Assembly (NCBI GenBank): GCA_030141605.1
Contig: JAQGDQ010000153.1
Coordinates: 124,001 to 188,000 of the forward strand
Direction: 5' to 3'
DNA from: Tubiluchus corallicola
Taxonomy: Eukaryota; Animalia; Priapulida
Length of the DNA: 64,000 bases
Below the pieces are notes generated by a model. It ran no database searches. It saw only the letters and a program-made list of their open reading frames with translations, and was not told where the DNA came from. Shown here piece after piece: positions 35,095-49,000 of this stretch. The position numbers and the translations under genes are program-made. The first letter of the stretch is position 1, and every line of letters begins with the position of its first letter.

Positions 35095-38000
35095 ATCATG
35101 TTATTGTCCATGTGCGCGAAATAAAGCGATTGTTAAAATCTAGCCTAATAAAGTAAATTTACAGTTCATATATAAGATGGAGTTTAATTAAATTCTATTT
35201 CTGTGAAAAAGTATAACTTCTGCCAGAAGAATTGATACTGTAGATAGGGTGCAAACCGAGAAGTTGAGTTATACATATCGTACAGTCAGTAAAATAGAAA
35301 TAAGAAAAGTTTCCGAGTAAGCTACCAATTATGCCGTATGCTGTATTCCCAGTTATATAATGCTAGATTAGGCTTAATTGCTTTGTGAAGGCTTGGAGGT
35401 TATGATTATTTTTTCTATAACAAAATGTTAATGAACTCACGATGCCATGTTATGGAGACTTATGTAAAGTGAGCCATTGATTTATTAACCATTTCGGGGC
35501 AAGCTCCTAATCAAAGCTCAAAACTTGGCATTACACGATTCAAAGAACTAAATTTTTTTAAATTACTGTAACTTTTTTACGACAGTACATTGTTCTAAAC
35601 GCCTTAATAAAAATATAAGAACGAAGAAATTATTTTAGGCCAATCGATATTCGATAATTAATTTCAAAAGTGACGGTTGACCAAAGATTCGAATTTAAGT
35701 TTGTGGTGAAAAATCAGAACATAACTTTTTATTACGGTGGCGCTGAAGTCATAGCTGAAGTTTACCGGTACAATAATTATTTTAGGTTATTCAAATAAAA
35801 AAACTTCTTAAAGTAAGAGGTTACTTTCTTAAAATCAATGTGAGGCAGACAGAAGAGCTAGTTACCATTAGTGTGTTTTAAATCATAAAGGCCTAAGTCA
35901 CATTATAGAAGCATTACTTTAAAAGGTAGTACTTATTAAAAGCCCACATTTCAATTGTCATTAGTCTTCTCACACTCCTATATAATTTGCTAGGATATGC
36001 TTAGGTGGGTCATTTATCCTGAGGTAGATCAGTGTAAATGCACTCGCGACTTTTGCGCTTTAAACTTTTGTATTGTACTTTTCATAATTTTATTGCATTA
36101 ATTGGCTTAAAAATTTATTGTTATAATATTAAAGCATTACTGTACACTGATCTCTACAGAATGTTTGAAAACATGAATAATAAACTGTACCATTCTCTGA
36201 TAATAAGTACCATATTACAAGTATTATCACAATGTAAAAAGAGCAGCAGATTTTAAAAAGTGGCAAGATATACACGTTATTAATGTTTAATTAGGAAGTG
36301 ATCTCCTCAAAATTGAGATATTTGCTATAATCGAGAATAAGAGGACAGTAAAGCGAAATATTAATATTGAAAGAGGTTCATATATAATTTTTTCAAGCTT
36401 TTCTGACCGAGGGATTGTTCTCATAATGCTTATCGCATTACCTCTTCAAATAATATCTTTGTAAGGCAATAGATAAATGCTGGAATAAAAAGCGTGTAGA
36501 CTTGGTCTCCCCCGTGGCACATTGAATTCGTATACCTAGAGTACTAAGAATTTTTTTTCTGTGCCAAGAGAACATTAATTGGCTTTATTCATTTTCTTGA
36601 ACATTTGTTCACTGGTTGAATTTCTATCTAAATAACCAATAAGTTATTAAGAATGACAGGTTTGTAAATTTCTTACTTTGCTTGTTATATAACTATTGAA
36701 TTGTTCACTTGTTCGCTCTTTAAATAAAATTCTGTATAAGAAATCATAATATTTCAAAATGTTATGATATGCACTTGGCCTGTTTTCTTCATTAAATCTA
36801 AGTGTTATCATACTATTATAACTACATAATGTGATATTAGTCTAAAAGCAAATTCCTAATCCTTTGCTATGGTCACTATAAACAGTTAACTGGAATAGTT
36901 TTTATGTAATATTGCTAGCGTTTAGTGTGAAATTCAGAAATTGGTTTATATTATTATTTGTAATCGACCTGTTGGTTGATATTTTAATTAAGAAGCTGAC
37001 GATGACAACAATCATCACAGTGACAATGACAACATTTTTCACCTAAAATTTTAGTATGTAGTTTTATCAGGGCTGGGCTGACAGTGTTTACATTTTTTGA
37101 CCTTTGAACTGAAATATGACAAGTAAAGTCATACTATTGGCGAGAACATTTATCAGTTGTTAAAGACTGTCGGTTCAAGCCGTATTGTAATACTTGTATT
37201 AAATAAAAATATGTTTAAACTAAAGTCATGCTATAATTATTATGACATCAATTTAAATTTAACTTGTTAATTCGTTTGAAACCAACTTGTCTGTCATGTT
37301 GGTAATATGGCATCGCCGTTTATTTTCGTACATTGTTGTTACTTAACAGTGGCAAATGAGGAAAAGCTTTGAATGGAATCTTTTTAACTAGACATGCTGC
37401 ATCTATGTGGTGTAGAGCATCATGTAGACATTAATGCATAATATGCGAATCGTCATTTAATGTCACTTTGTAACAAAAAATACATGCTGTAACTTTCACA
37501 GCTGTATGATGCTCTAATGTTATGAGTTTGTTTTTGAAATTTTGCTTCATCGCTGTTTATCTTTTCAAGACTGTTTTCTCCTCAGATTTTTTTTTCGTAC
37601 ATTGAAAGCTCCTGTAAACTTTGCTGAATAGTGTGTTGTGTTTAAGTTACTGTTTCTTCGTTAAGTCCTGTTTGTGACATTGATGAGATACTGTTGCTGA
37701 ATTAATTTAAAACTAAACTGAGATTCTGTTATTTGCACCCACATTTTGTACTTACTATTCTAAGTACTTTTTAGTTGATCAGCGCAGGGCAGGTGCTCAT
37801 CCAGTTTTTAGTGGCACAAACTATTTAATATGTTCATGGCTGTGGCAAGAGTAGAACATATATCATTATCATTTCCTAAGATAAAATATTGAACTGGCAA
37901 AAGTGCATTAGCTGTGTTTGGATGTACAAATTGTACAATGTACATGTATACATTCTTCCTCAATAAGACAAATGTGCCAAAGGCAGTGTTGCAGATGAAT

Positions 38001-40025
38001 TTTCCTACTGCACTATGATTTTCCTGGTGACCAAAGTTAATTGCTGCTTTACCTTAGTTGCTAAGAACATATCTTGATCACTCAAAATTTTTTTGCCTTA
38101 AATGTTGAATTTTTTTATCAGTTTTTTTTTGTACAGTACAGCTCTAAGCTTACTGATTACAATCACTGAATCTGATAGCATATGTTTTGTATTTTTGTTA
38201 AGTTCAAGTTTCCTTGTTTCAGCCTTTGGGGAATTTTGATTCCCATTCTTGGACTGAATGAACTTTTGCAGTGCTGCTATTGATATCTTCTCAAATATGA
38301 ACAGTGCATATCTGTTATAATGCAAACACTTTACTTGTGATGAATCAGCGAATGAAAGCAAGGACATCTCGCAAAAGAAAACTCGCTCAGAGAAAACTAA
38401 AACAACGTGTAAATGGTTTATATAAAGCAACAAATCTTCTTATCAACACAACTCATCACTGTGGAAAAAACGACAGACCAGCAGTTAACAGTTGGCAACA
38501 CAAAAGGACATTTTCAAAGTCAGAGAAAGAAAACTTTGAAACTATACTACTGGTAAGCTTGTACACAAAATTTACGTGGTCACAATTACAAATTGTTCAA
38601 ACATTATTCTAGATTAGGTGTATACAAATATCTGTTTGCAAATAGAGTAGTCCCTATCTGGAATGATCTTAATTATGACGTGGTTAATGCACCAAACATT
38701 GCCATTTTCAACAGTAAACTAACAGGCTGCAATTTTTAAGCTGCCATTTTAATTGTTTTGTGTAAGCTGTTTTTTCTTTAGTGTATGTAGTGTCTCTCCA
38801 TTTTAAATTTCTTTTGAGGTCTTAAGTTTTTTCTCATTTAATGATAAAAATTTTACTGCCCATGTATTTGTGTTATAACTGTGGTTGTAAATGTATTGTA
38901 AATTACTTTATATTGTATTATATGGCTAGCATAAGTGCTATGTGCCTGCTGCCATTTTATTTTATAAAAAATGTATATATTTCTTTTATAATAAATGTTT
39001 TAAATAATAATAAAAAAATAATAATAAGACTGTTACTTTTAAATTTTCAGAAAAATTTTTGTCCTGTGAGTGCTTGCTCAACTGTTCTTTAAATTGCTCT
39101 AATATAAGCTCAGCAATGATTTGTATTACTATAGCTAATCAGTATTCAAAAGATTATACTCCAGACATCTACTGCTAGGCCAATGGTATGTGTTGCTATC
39201 CTAGGTAAAAGTTCCTTTACTTGCCATTTTTCATGTAATCTTTAACGATATCTTGCCTATATAAATTACTAGTATGAACTGTTGCAGAAGAAAAATTTTG
39301 GTCTCCATATATATTTATATAGCAGATTAGTAGTTGAAAATCTGATTGAAATGTTCTTGCCGGGTTATTCTTAAAACATAAGAAAGCACTCATTGCAAAT
39401 TAAGCTTAAGAAATTTGCCTTGAAATTTTATATCACTTATGTGCTGTCTTATCGCATACAGGGCTTGCATTGGCAACAACGTTGTACAAAATTTGTAAAT
39501 TTAAACTGCGGTGATGACCATTAGGTGCAGCCGTTTTAACGTTAAGTTATTTTTAAACAAGTTTAAATAACATTGCTTAAAGTTTGAAAAAATTTGTCAG
39601 ACCATACGTGGCACATTCTTTCCTAACTAAGCAAAAGTCTAAATTACTTTATGTTTTTGGTTAGATCAGTAATGTGTTTTTGGTGAATCAGTGGTGCATA
39701 CTGGGATGGCGATACAATGCCTTTTTACCAGGTGGCTTAAACATTTTAAAATATTAAGAATTTTCTTTTTCAATAACATAAGTTTTTCAAACAGTTAAGC
39801 GTAATGCTAAGTAATGCAACTTTGTATGGGAATTTCTTTAGGATACACTTCAAAATTCCCTTTTCTTACCCCTTTAAATTATATATATATATTAATTATT
39901 TAATGTTTTAAATGAACACTGTTTGCTGCAGTGTTGTATGCAAGTTAAAATTTTGTAATTGATGGTGATCTGATTTTTAGCCTAACCAAATTGTCTGTAA
40001 ATTATAAATTTAAATTTCTTTGTAG

Positions 40026-43000
40026 ATTTTAACTGAGGCAGAATCATTTGCTGCTTGCCAGACTTTGTCGACAGAAACCAAACCAATTGCTATGGAAACA
40101 ATGCGTAAGCAAGGGACTAGAGGTGTGGTAGCACGGCACAATCTTCCACAGATACCGACGATGGCTACTGGACGTTCTAGCAGAATTGCAATGAGCAAAG
40201 CCGAGGCTGCAAGTGCTAATGAAGCTGTATGTAAACTGTACAGATATCAATTTTCCAGAAATTGAAAACTTAGTTTGTAATTAAATTAAAACTCGTTAAC
40301 ACTTTAAAGTTTTTTTACAACACATTTTTGTTAAAGCAGCTTCAGATGATTCCCCACTGACAATGAAACTTTACATTTTTAAGGAATTATATAAAATAGA
40401 AACAGGCTGATTTCATAAAATGTAAATTTTATTTTTTGATGAAAATAACTTTATATTGATGAGGATTGGATAATGTAATTGTCTTGAAGTCGCATTGAAG
40501 TTAAACTAAAACTTGAAAGACAAATTTAAATTTCTAGAAAGAGAAGCCTAAGGAGGTGCCAAAGCCAGAGATGATCAGACCTGTAAATTTAATAACAAAT
40601 AGTGTACCACCGGTTATTCCCGCCATGTCTGCAGTAAAGCAAGAGGCACCCCCTGAGACTGTAAATTTTGAACCGGTTAACGAAAACCCACGCAGTGAAG
40701 CAACTGTGACAGCAACAGCAGCAGTGGCGGCGGTGGGAACAGTAACAGCATCGACAACAGCAGGTATGTATTGTATTTGCAAAACAGGGTTAGCCTGAGG
40801 GAATGAACTTGGCTGGAAGTTTCGACAATTTCTGTAGTATAGAGGATGCATATCTACATATGCAATGCTTTTGTATATAGTTTTAGTAGTCTTATAAAAA
40901 ACTATAGAATACCATTTTGTTTTAACTGATTATCCTGTTTATGTAGTTTTGTTGCACCACATGATTAAAATATATGGGAGGTGTATGTGTTGTACTTCCT
41001 TTAAAAAGTATATTATAAATACTGTTTATAGCTCTCGGAAGTTCAATTGCTACAAAGAGTCGAAGGAAATCAAAGTCGCTGTTAAAAGAGCAAGACTTGG
41101 CACAATCAGATAAGAGGCAGAGTAAGGCCAGACTCCCAAAAGGAAAAGGCAAGCAATTCTTCGTTATTATTAGGCCTAAAAAATTACGTTTGTCTCTGAT
41201 TTTTTGCCGTTATGCACTATGGGTAGGTAGGAATTTTATTTTATTTTTCATTTTTTGTTATGTGATAACAGTGATGCGACTTTACTGATTTTTGACTAAA
41301 TTATCAAGTCTTATTTTGACGAGTTTTTCACTTTTTTGCATTTATTTAAAAATGTCACTTTTATAAATGAAATATAGCAATTCATTTTTTGAACTAATTA
41401 ATAAAAGATAGATATGCTTCTGTATGCTTAATTTTCTTTTTCACTTGAGATATAACTAGCATATGAACATGTAACTGTAAGCAATGACTGGCCACTGGAC
41501 ACTGTCCATGAGAACAAGTACGACTCAAGCAGTTTCAGCAATTTGTGTCCAAGCTACTCTCATCACCAGACCATTTACATTTAATGTATGGCTGAATATT
41601 AGTGTGCTATGTAAAATAAGAAGAAGTTCCTTAATATTATATAAATTTATTATTTCGTTTTTTATGTCTTTCAGTTTTTTCTTTTACTACGTTTGTTTTG
41701 TATATAGGTTCAACTTGCCAGATAGATGAACTAAAAACAGTTGTTGCATTGCAATAATTTTGAATCATTTTTTAGTGTCTCTTATCTCAAAATGTTCTAA
41801 TTGTTAGACTTTGGTTATCACGTTACTTGAAAAGTGCTAGATACAAACCTTGTCGAGTTCCACATTCACTTTTACAAAAATGCAGAATTTCTAATTTTTG
41901 ATCCATAGTGAAAACGGTTCATTTTCTTTTTGATATAGTCAGCCCAAATAACGACAAAAATCTGCACTGAACAGTCGACTTTGTCAAAACGATTACTATA
42001 AAATTGTATAATTATGAGTCATGCCGTGTAGACTGTATCGGTGTCTGACAGCTATTGGGTGTATCAAGTTGCAAGTTTGTGTGGCCGTTGGTCATTTTCT
42101 TTACAAAAAAATGTATTTTGATAAATGTAAAAAATAACTTGAAATACGTAATATTTCTTCTAGGCCTTCTGTTTTGATCAACTTAATTTTGATGTTTGTA
42201 GCAAATCTTTGAAAGTGTGTGTGTGTTACTGTCACTGACTCGATTTAAAATACTAATTTGTTTGTATTTACTTTTTTGTAGAAGCAGAGTCGGAATTTGT
42301 TACAAAGAAACCAAAACAAGAGTCTGTATTATCTGCTACAGCATCTTCAATGTCTGTAAAGTCTGACATTGCCTTGCCATTGGCAGAAAAACCAGTGAAG
42401 TGGTTTTTGGGGGATCTTATGTGGGCCAAAGTTTCAGGTCACCCGTGGTGGCCTTGTATGGTAACTGTTGATCCAATTTTAGGCATATTTACAAAAATGA
42501 AAGCTTATAGGCAATATCATGTACAGTATTTTGGAGAGCAACCTGAAAGGGGCTGGGTTAATGAAGCCAGTACACTTGAATTCAAAGGCCTAGAAGACTT
42601 TAACAATACAGTGGCTGGAATAATAGCTGCCTGTCAGAAGAAGCAGTTGATTGTGGTGAAAAAGAAGTTTGAGATGAAGATTCGACACAAGCCGAGCTGG
42701 GATGCTGCTGTTGAAGCAGCTACTACAGCGTTGAAGCTTAGTAAAGAGGATCGCTTGCAGAAATTAACTTTTGCTTATGTCGATTTGCCCGAGAACAAGG
42801 GTGCAGAGAATGAAAAGACACAGACACCATTACAAGCCCAGGCACCTAAAAAGAAACGAGGTAGACCATCATTATCCGCCAAAGCTGATTTGCCTATGAA
42901 CAAATGTTTGGAGAATAATCAGGCACCATCTGTCACAGAAACGCTTAAAAAGAAACGTGGTCGGCCACCTTCTACTACTGAATACACTGAGGGTAAACCA

Positions 43001-46000
43001 AAAAAGGCAAAAAGAATGAAATTGTTGGAAAGCATGGATAGCACGAGTGACATAGAGAAGTTGCTGAAGAAAGAAAAAGAGCTAAAGAAGATGATAAAGC
43101 ACATTCAGAAAAGCTCCCCTCCTGGTCATCATCATCATCGGAAAATTGAAAAGAAACACGAGAAAAAGAAAAAGCATAAAAGGCACAAATCAACTGATGA
43201 AGTACCTGTGATTTCCCAACATGGTAAGTGCAAACAATTTTTAAAAAGCTGTTATGGCTGTTTTTAGTTATAATTCTTTTTTGCTAGTCAGTCTCCACAG
43301 AGTCACCTTCTGAAAGTCCTGTTCTTTGAATCAAGGGCACAAAACAAATGCTGAACTTGGAAATGGGAATCATAGTTTGTTCATTTATTTCTGAAATAAC
43401 CGTTTTTGTCTAGGCACGTCAGTGACAGTTTCACTTTATTTTGCTGCTAGTGATAAATAATGATGAAAGGTGCTGTGAATTTTAGTCAAAACAGCATATT
43501 CCATTTATAGTCCCAAACAGGTTTTGACAACGCTATATCTTTCGCTATGTATGGTAATTACGTCCCACAAATATATGCCAAAATGTTCGTTAAATGCAAA
43601 TTTTGATATTATTGTTATTTTGGTCTGTTTTTCATGTCATTATTGATACATGTAATTGATGTTTTGAAAATATTTTTCATTGATAACTTGTTTGAAACTC
43701 GTGGTTTTTGCAGTTTGACGTCCGTATTTAGTTTGCCTGCTGTGATTTTTTCACACTGTTGAATTATTGATCGTTTTAAGTATAAACCCAGTAATTCAAT
43801 CACGCAAGATTATTCTACTTTATAAGGTCTGCACTGATTATTCCGGATTATAGTGTATGCAAATACAGTACATGCATTCATTTATTTTTTCATATTAAAT
43901 AGCACTGTCTGATGTTATATAAATAAAAATTCTTTGAGATTGAAAAAAAAAATTTTGCATTGTCAGTTTTGAATTTGGTCTGTTTTCATCGCTCTTTATT
44001 TATGCATTGATAGCTTACTTACTGCTTGCTTATTGTTGTGCATGTTTTTTATAACAAATAAAGTTGCCTTAACTTGCTAAAATTAATAAATGGAACAAGT
44101 TTTACATATAAATTGTCAGTAGTTTGGTATACAGACAGTGGCAGGAAGTTTCAATTTGTAATTTACTGCTGAATTAAGTATGATGTGTGCAACTGACAAT
44201 GGCTTTCGTTTTTCATAATCATCTAAATCTGATTTGTCTTGTCATGATCACATTCAAAGTGTAACATCAATTTGCATTTTGAGAGTTTGACAAATGAGGC
44301 ACCTGAGATTAACTAATTATGTGAATGTTCGTTCCATAGAAATTGTGCTGGAAGTTATTATTAAACTTTGCTGGCGAGTTATGACAATTATCTAAGCAAA
44401 CAAGTACATTCATTTTTACCTTCTGTAGCACAACCTAGTACTACACTTAGTCACCCTGTGATAAGCGAGGGAACTGAAGTTAAAAGTGAAGTTAAACCTC
44501 CAGCTCAACTTGAGTTTACTGAAAAGTTAAGCAGAGTTTCTACTGCACCTGCACGACGAAAAAGTCCTAAGGATTCGGGGGTAAGTTCCTGTTAATAGTA
44601 GATCTTATAATACAGTTTTATTAATTGACATCTGATTAGAGTACGGCTTTATCACTTTGTCTGGTGAATGCAAAACTGTAGCTCGTGTATTGTTTTTTAT
44701 TTAAAGGAAAATCAGACTCACTCTTAAACTATAGCTTAAAACAATGTAACCTCTAAAATATTGAAAGAAAGCATGCTGTTCTTTTCAAAAATGAGTTAGG
44801 TGAAAGAACTATTACGAGATTTCTCGTTCGTGTGGCCAGTTATTCACTGATGCATGCATTTGGCCATTCGCTTGTTAGACAGGCACTAGCGCCTACATCT
44901 TGGGAATGTGTTGCACAAAAAGGGAATGCCTCTCACTTCAGATGTCCATGTGTGATGTAGCGCACACGTTCGAGACCTTATCTGTGAGCTCAGCAATAAG
45001 CTTGAAATCTAAATTTTTAAAATTATAATTTGCCAAATTTTGCCAATCACACTGACTGTTGCACAGTAGCACTGTTTTTGCAGTTTTTGCTTTCGCAAAC
45101 ACGTGCAGCACACATGTAGAATGTTTGTGCTGTTAAAAATTATGCTCATTTGTGACGTCATCACTACCTAGGCTCCCTAGTCATTAATCATTTAATTATC
45201 AGTAATTCTTTGGCATTATGATAGGTGTTAAATTGTATGCTTTTTATCTTACTACAAAATAGGGTAGGATATGGAAAATCATCCCTTTTTCCTTTAATTC
45301 AACATTCATTTATTTCAATATTTGTCATATGTTCCTTGATGCATGATACATTGTTGTAAGAGTGCAAAGTCTGCATTGGTGTCTGCTGAATGCTTACGGG
45401 TGTTAGAATATTCTCTAACAGATTTAGTTGTGAAAAATATTTTTGTTGATCTGCAGTTTTTGTTTGATAAGCCATCATGATGCAGAAACACTTATGGAAT
45501 TGTGTCTTTGTGAATTAACTTTGACACGAATGTTTCATTTCAAAAGGTTAATGTATTTAAGTTATTTGTGAAAAGTCAATGTCACTGTCATTTTTATATT
45601 CACACCGCATGTAATTTGGGTTTTATTGCATCAGGTTGCTCACAGCATGTCTCTGTACATACTTGTTGACGAGATAACCGATGCTTATGATGGATAATTT
45701 TTTAGGACAGTGATGAGGGTAACCTGGTGATAGACCACAGCAATGGTTCGTCATCTAGTCGTTCCAGTACACCAAGCTTAGCGACCAGTGATACAAGCAA
45801 AAGCAGTAGCGGAAGGAAGAGAGATCTGGTTTGTGTGACCTGTGAGAAGGCTGGTGAGGATTTGATTACATGTGAAGGCTCGTGTCACCTATCATTCCAT
45901 GCTGAATGCGCTGAAACGACACTTAACATCGTCGATTTTAAATGTGCCGATTGCATGGCAGGTATGCATAAAGCGTGCTCACAGAGTAAAGAGTGTTTGC

Positions 46001-49000
46001 CACTTCATCTTTTCTTCGAATGTGCTACACACTGAAACTTGTGCATTGGACTAAAAGTTAGAATTAAAACTAGTGTACACTTTAGTAGCTTTTAGGTACA
46101 GGTAAGACAGAAAAGAAGCTTTTGTCATTCATGGTTAAACTATTAAAAAATCTTTAGGTCTTGTGACGAGCTGATATAGGACTCTAATGCTGATGTGTTA
46201 CTGGATGGAATAAGAAAGCCATTGCAAAGGAGATCCACACTAGTAATGTTAAGTAATGTCTCACAAGTTGACACCACTTTTTTTTCTTAATTGCTTTTAT
46301 GAAAAATTATAATTGTGAAATAATCTTATAGGCTCTCATCCATGCTTCATCTGTCATGACAAATCTGGAGAGATGGTACGTTGCGATGCTCCCCATTGTG
46401 GTAAATTCTATCACATTGCTTGTGTAAAGGATTTTCCTGGTAGCAAAATGGATGGTAGCAAACGGTATTGTCCGCGTCATATATGTGTGGCCTGCCTCAA
46501 TGACGAAGTTCGCTGTTCTCGAGCAACTAAAGGTTGTTAAAATCTCATTTATGTTGTTTCATAATTAAAGAAAGTAATTTTTTGTACAAATTTAGCAATT
46601 ATGTAAAAATATTGTTTAACAGATTAAAGTATCCTTAGAGAAGTTTTACCTAGAAGTTCGTGAAGTTGTTCAATAAGAAAAATTAGTACTAAGAGCTTGA
46701 TACCATACCATTCATAAATTCCATATTAGTTGTGTGATACTGACAACATGCATGAAATTCCTATTCTTTATGCTTATTACTCAAAAATTAGATTGACGTA
46801 ATTCGCATAAATTGGAATTCTACCATTTATTTCATAAAAAATGAGATTTGAATAGTCTTTGTGAAACGTTTGTTAGACAACTGTGAAAATATAGTTTAAC
46901 GAGATTTCTTTAGGTATCATGCAGCGTTGCATCAGGTGTCCCACAACGTACCATGCCAACGAGAATTGCATCTCTGCTGGTAGCATTAGCTTGACGTCTA
47001 GAGTCTTTATCTGCACTCGTCATTTCAAACCTCAGAAGTCTGTAGGTGGTCACAAGCATATCAATGTGAACTGGTGTTTCATATGCGGACGAGGTAGGCC
47101 AGCTGTTTATATCATTGGTTAACAGAGCCTTAGAATGTAACATTTCATGAGGATAAAGATGTGAATTGGTTGTTGGAGTGTTCATTTAGGTCTTTGCATT
47201 TTTATTCTGAAATAATGCATTCCCACTTCACAAGGAGATTGCACTAGGAAACTTAACGCTAGAAGTTCTTCGAACTCATGAGAATAAAGTATTTGGAGTC
47301 TAAGAGAAGTTTATGCTGCTACAGGCTATACAATAATTGACTCAGTCGCAGTGTGACTTTAGTGATGAACTCAATGACCACTTTCGATGCTGACGAGTCA
47401 AAAATTGACATTTGTGGTGTTGCTAGGTATATGGTTTGGTTTGTCTCACTTAAAATGTTTAAGAAGACGTAAATTTTTAGCCTTTTCAGCTTGTGAGTAC
47501 GATATCGATGTACTTACTAACGATTCTTAACACTATTTCCCGAATGAAAAAGGTCTTCAGTTTTTTAAAAAACCTAATATATAGCAAATTATTTTAGGCG
47601 GTGAATTGTTGTGCTGCGACATGTGTCCGACCGCATTCCACCCGGGTTGCATTGGGATGCAGATGCCAAAGTCGGAAGATTCGTGGTTCTGTCCAGATTG
47701 TGAGACGGGTGTGCGGCCTCGCTATGGTGATATCGTTTGGGTTAAAGTCGGTTGTTATAGATGGTGGCCTGGAAAGATCTGCAATCCTCGGAATGTACCT
47801 GATAACATTCGAGCTAGGCCACATCAGGTGTGAAAATTCTGTTATGCAGGCAATATATTTCTTAGTTCTATTGCTAGTTATAGTTATTTATTAGTTTAAT
47901 ATAATTCTGTTATAACGAGGCTTGTTATAACGAACCTTTGGTTATTACGAGCGACGTCCAGCCAAATTTTAGGATTAAACAATTTATTTAAACATTTCTT
48001 ACAGCGATTGCCGATATAATGAGACTTTACTTATTACAAATACATTTAACCGTCCTGTGATTGTATTTACCCTGTATATAAGGGTATATACACAGCTGAG
48101 GGCGAGTTCTATGCATGCACTGGATATCACGAAGGACAAAAAAGGTCATGAACAAGTAGGCATGAGAATTCATTTATTGATTGTGCAAAAGCACGTACGC
48201 AAGATACATTCAGCTATCAGCAGACCTCGCAAATGAATGAATCACATTCACAGCAGGAGTTTTGGAAAGGAACTCGAGTTTCTTTCAGTTTTATGCAGAA
48301 ATTTATTGCATGAATATACCTTAGTCCTAGAAATAATAGAGTCTAAACAGTAGTCATGCCATTAATTAGTTAAAATTTAAGCCAATGAGCAAAACTGTTG
48401 GGTTTTTATTATTTTGCTCTTTCTAAGTTTGCGTGATATACAATATTCGCAACTTTTTTTGTTGGAAATATCTGGGATTTGCGAGTTAGTACAGGACCTC
48501 GTCTTTGCCCCACCTTATCAGTCATTTGTCTAGACAATCACAATCAATACTTTAGTTTTGGCACACTGAGTACTACACATGCAACAAGAGGACAAAGCTA
48601 AATAAATTTTTGAATTTTATTGATGGACAAAGGCGATGTCTAACCATCCATGCTAGTTGATGCCGCAGAGATAAGCAAAGCAGCTAAACAATCAAAACAG
48701 CTTTATTTAAAATGCTGTTCTTGATTAGATTAGTAATGCTAGTTTAATAGCGTTATCACTAAACTGATGAGTAGCCTAATTAGGCAAAATAACTGCTTTA
48801 TAACAATACTTGTTAAGTACTATAAGAAGCAATGTGATCACAGTAACGTGTTACGCATTATTTTCCAACTCTGTCTGTCCGACAGAAACTTATAACTGTG
48901 GTAATGGAAACGTGGCGCTATCTGGAGGCAAATCAGATCGCAAGGTGGATACATGCAGGAAGTAGCATTTAAAAAACGTGGCTGAAAAACAGCAACTCTT

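Noticed and set aside
38304-38612. 102-aa basic ORF with a CTG|GTAAG donor as a possible upstream NSD exon
   Set aside because: No recognisable motif and no clear acceptor or start; cannot be supported without transcripts.
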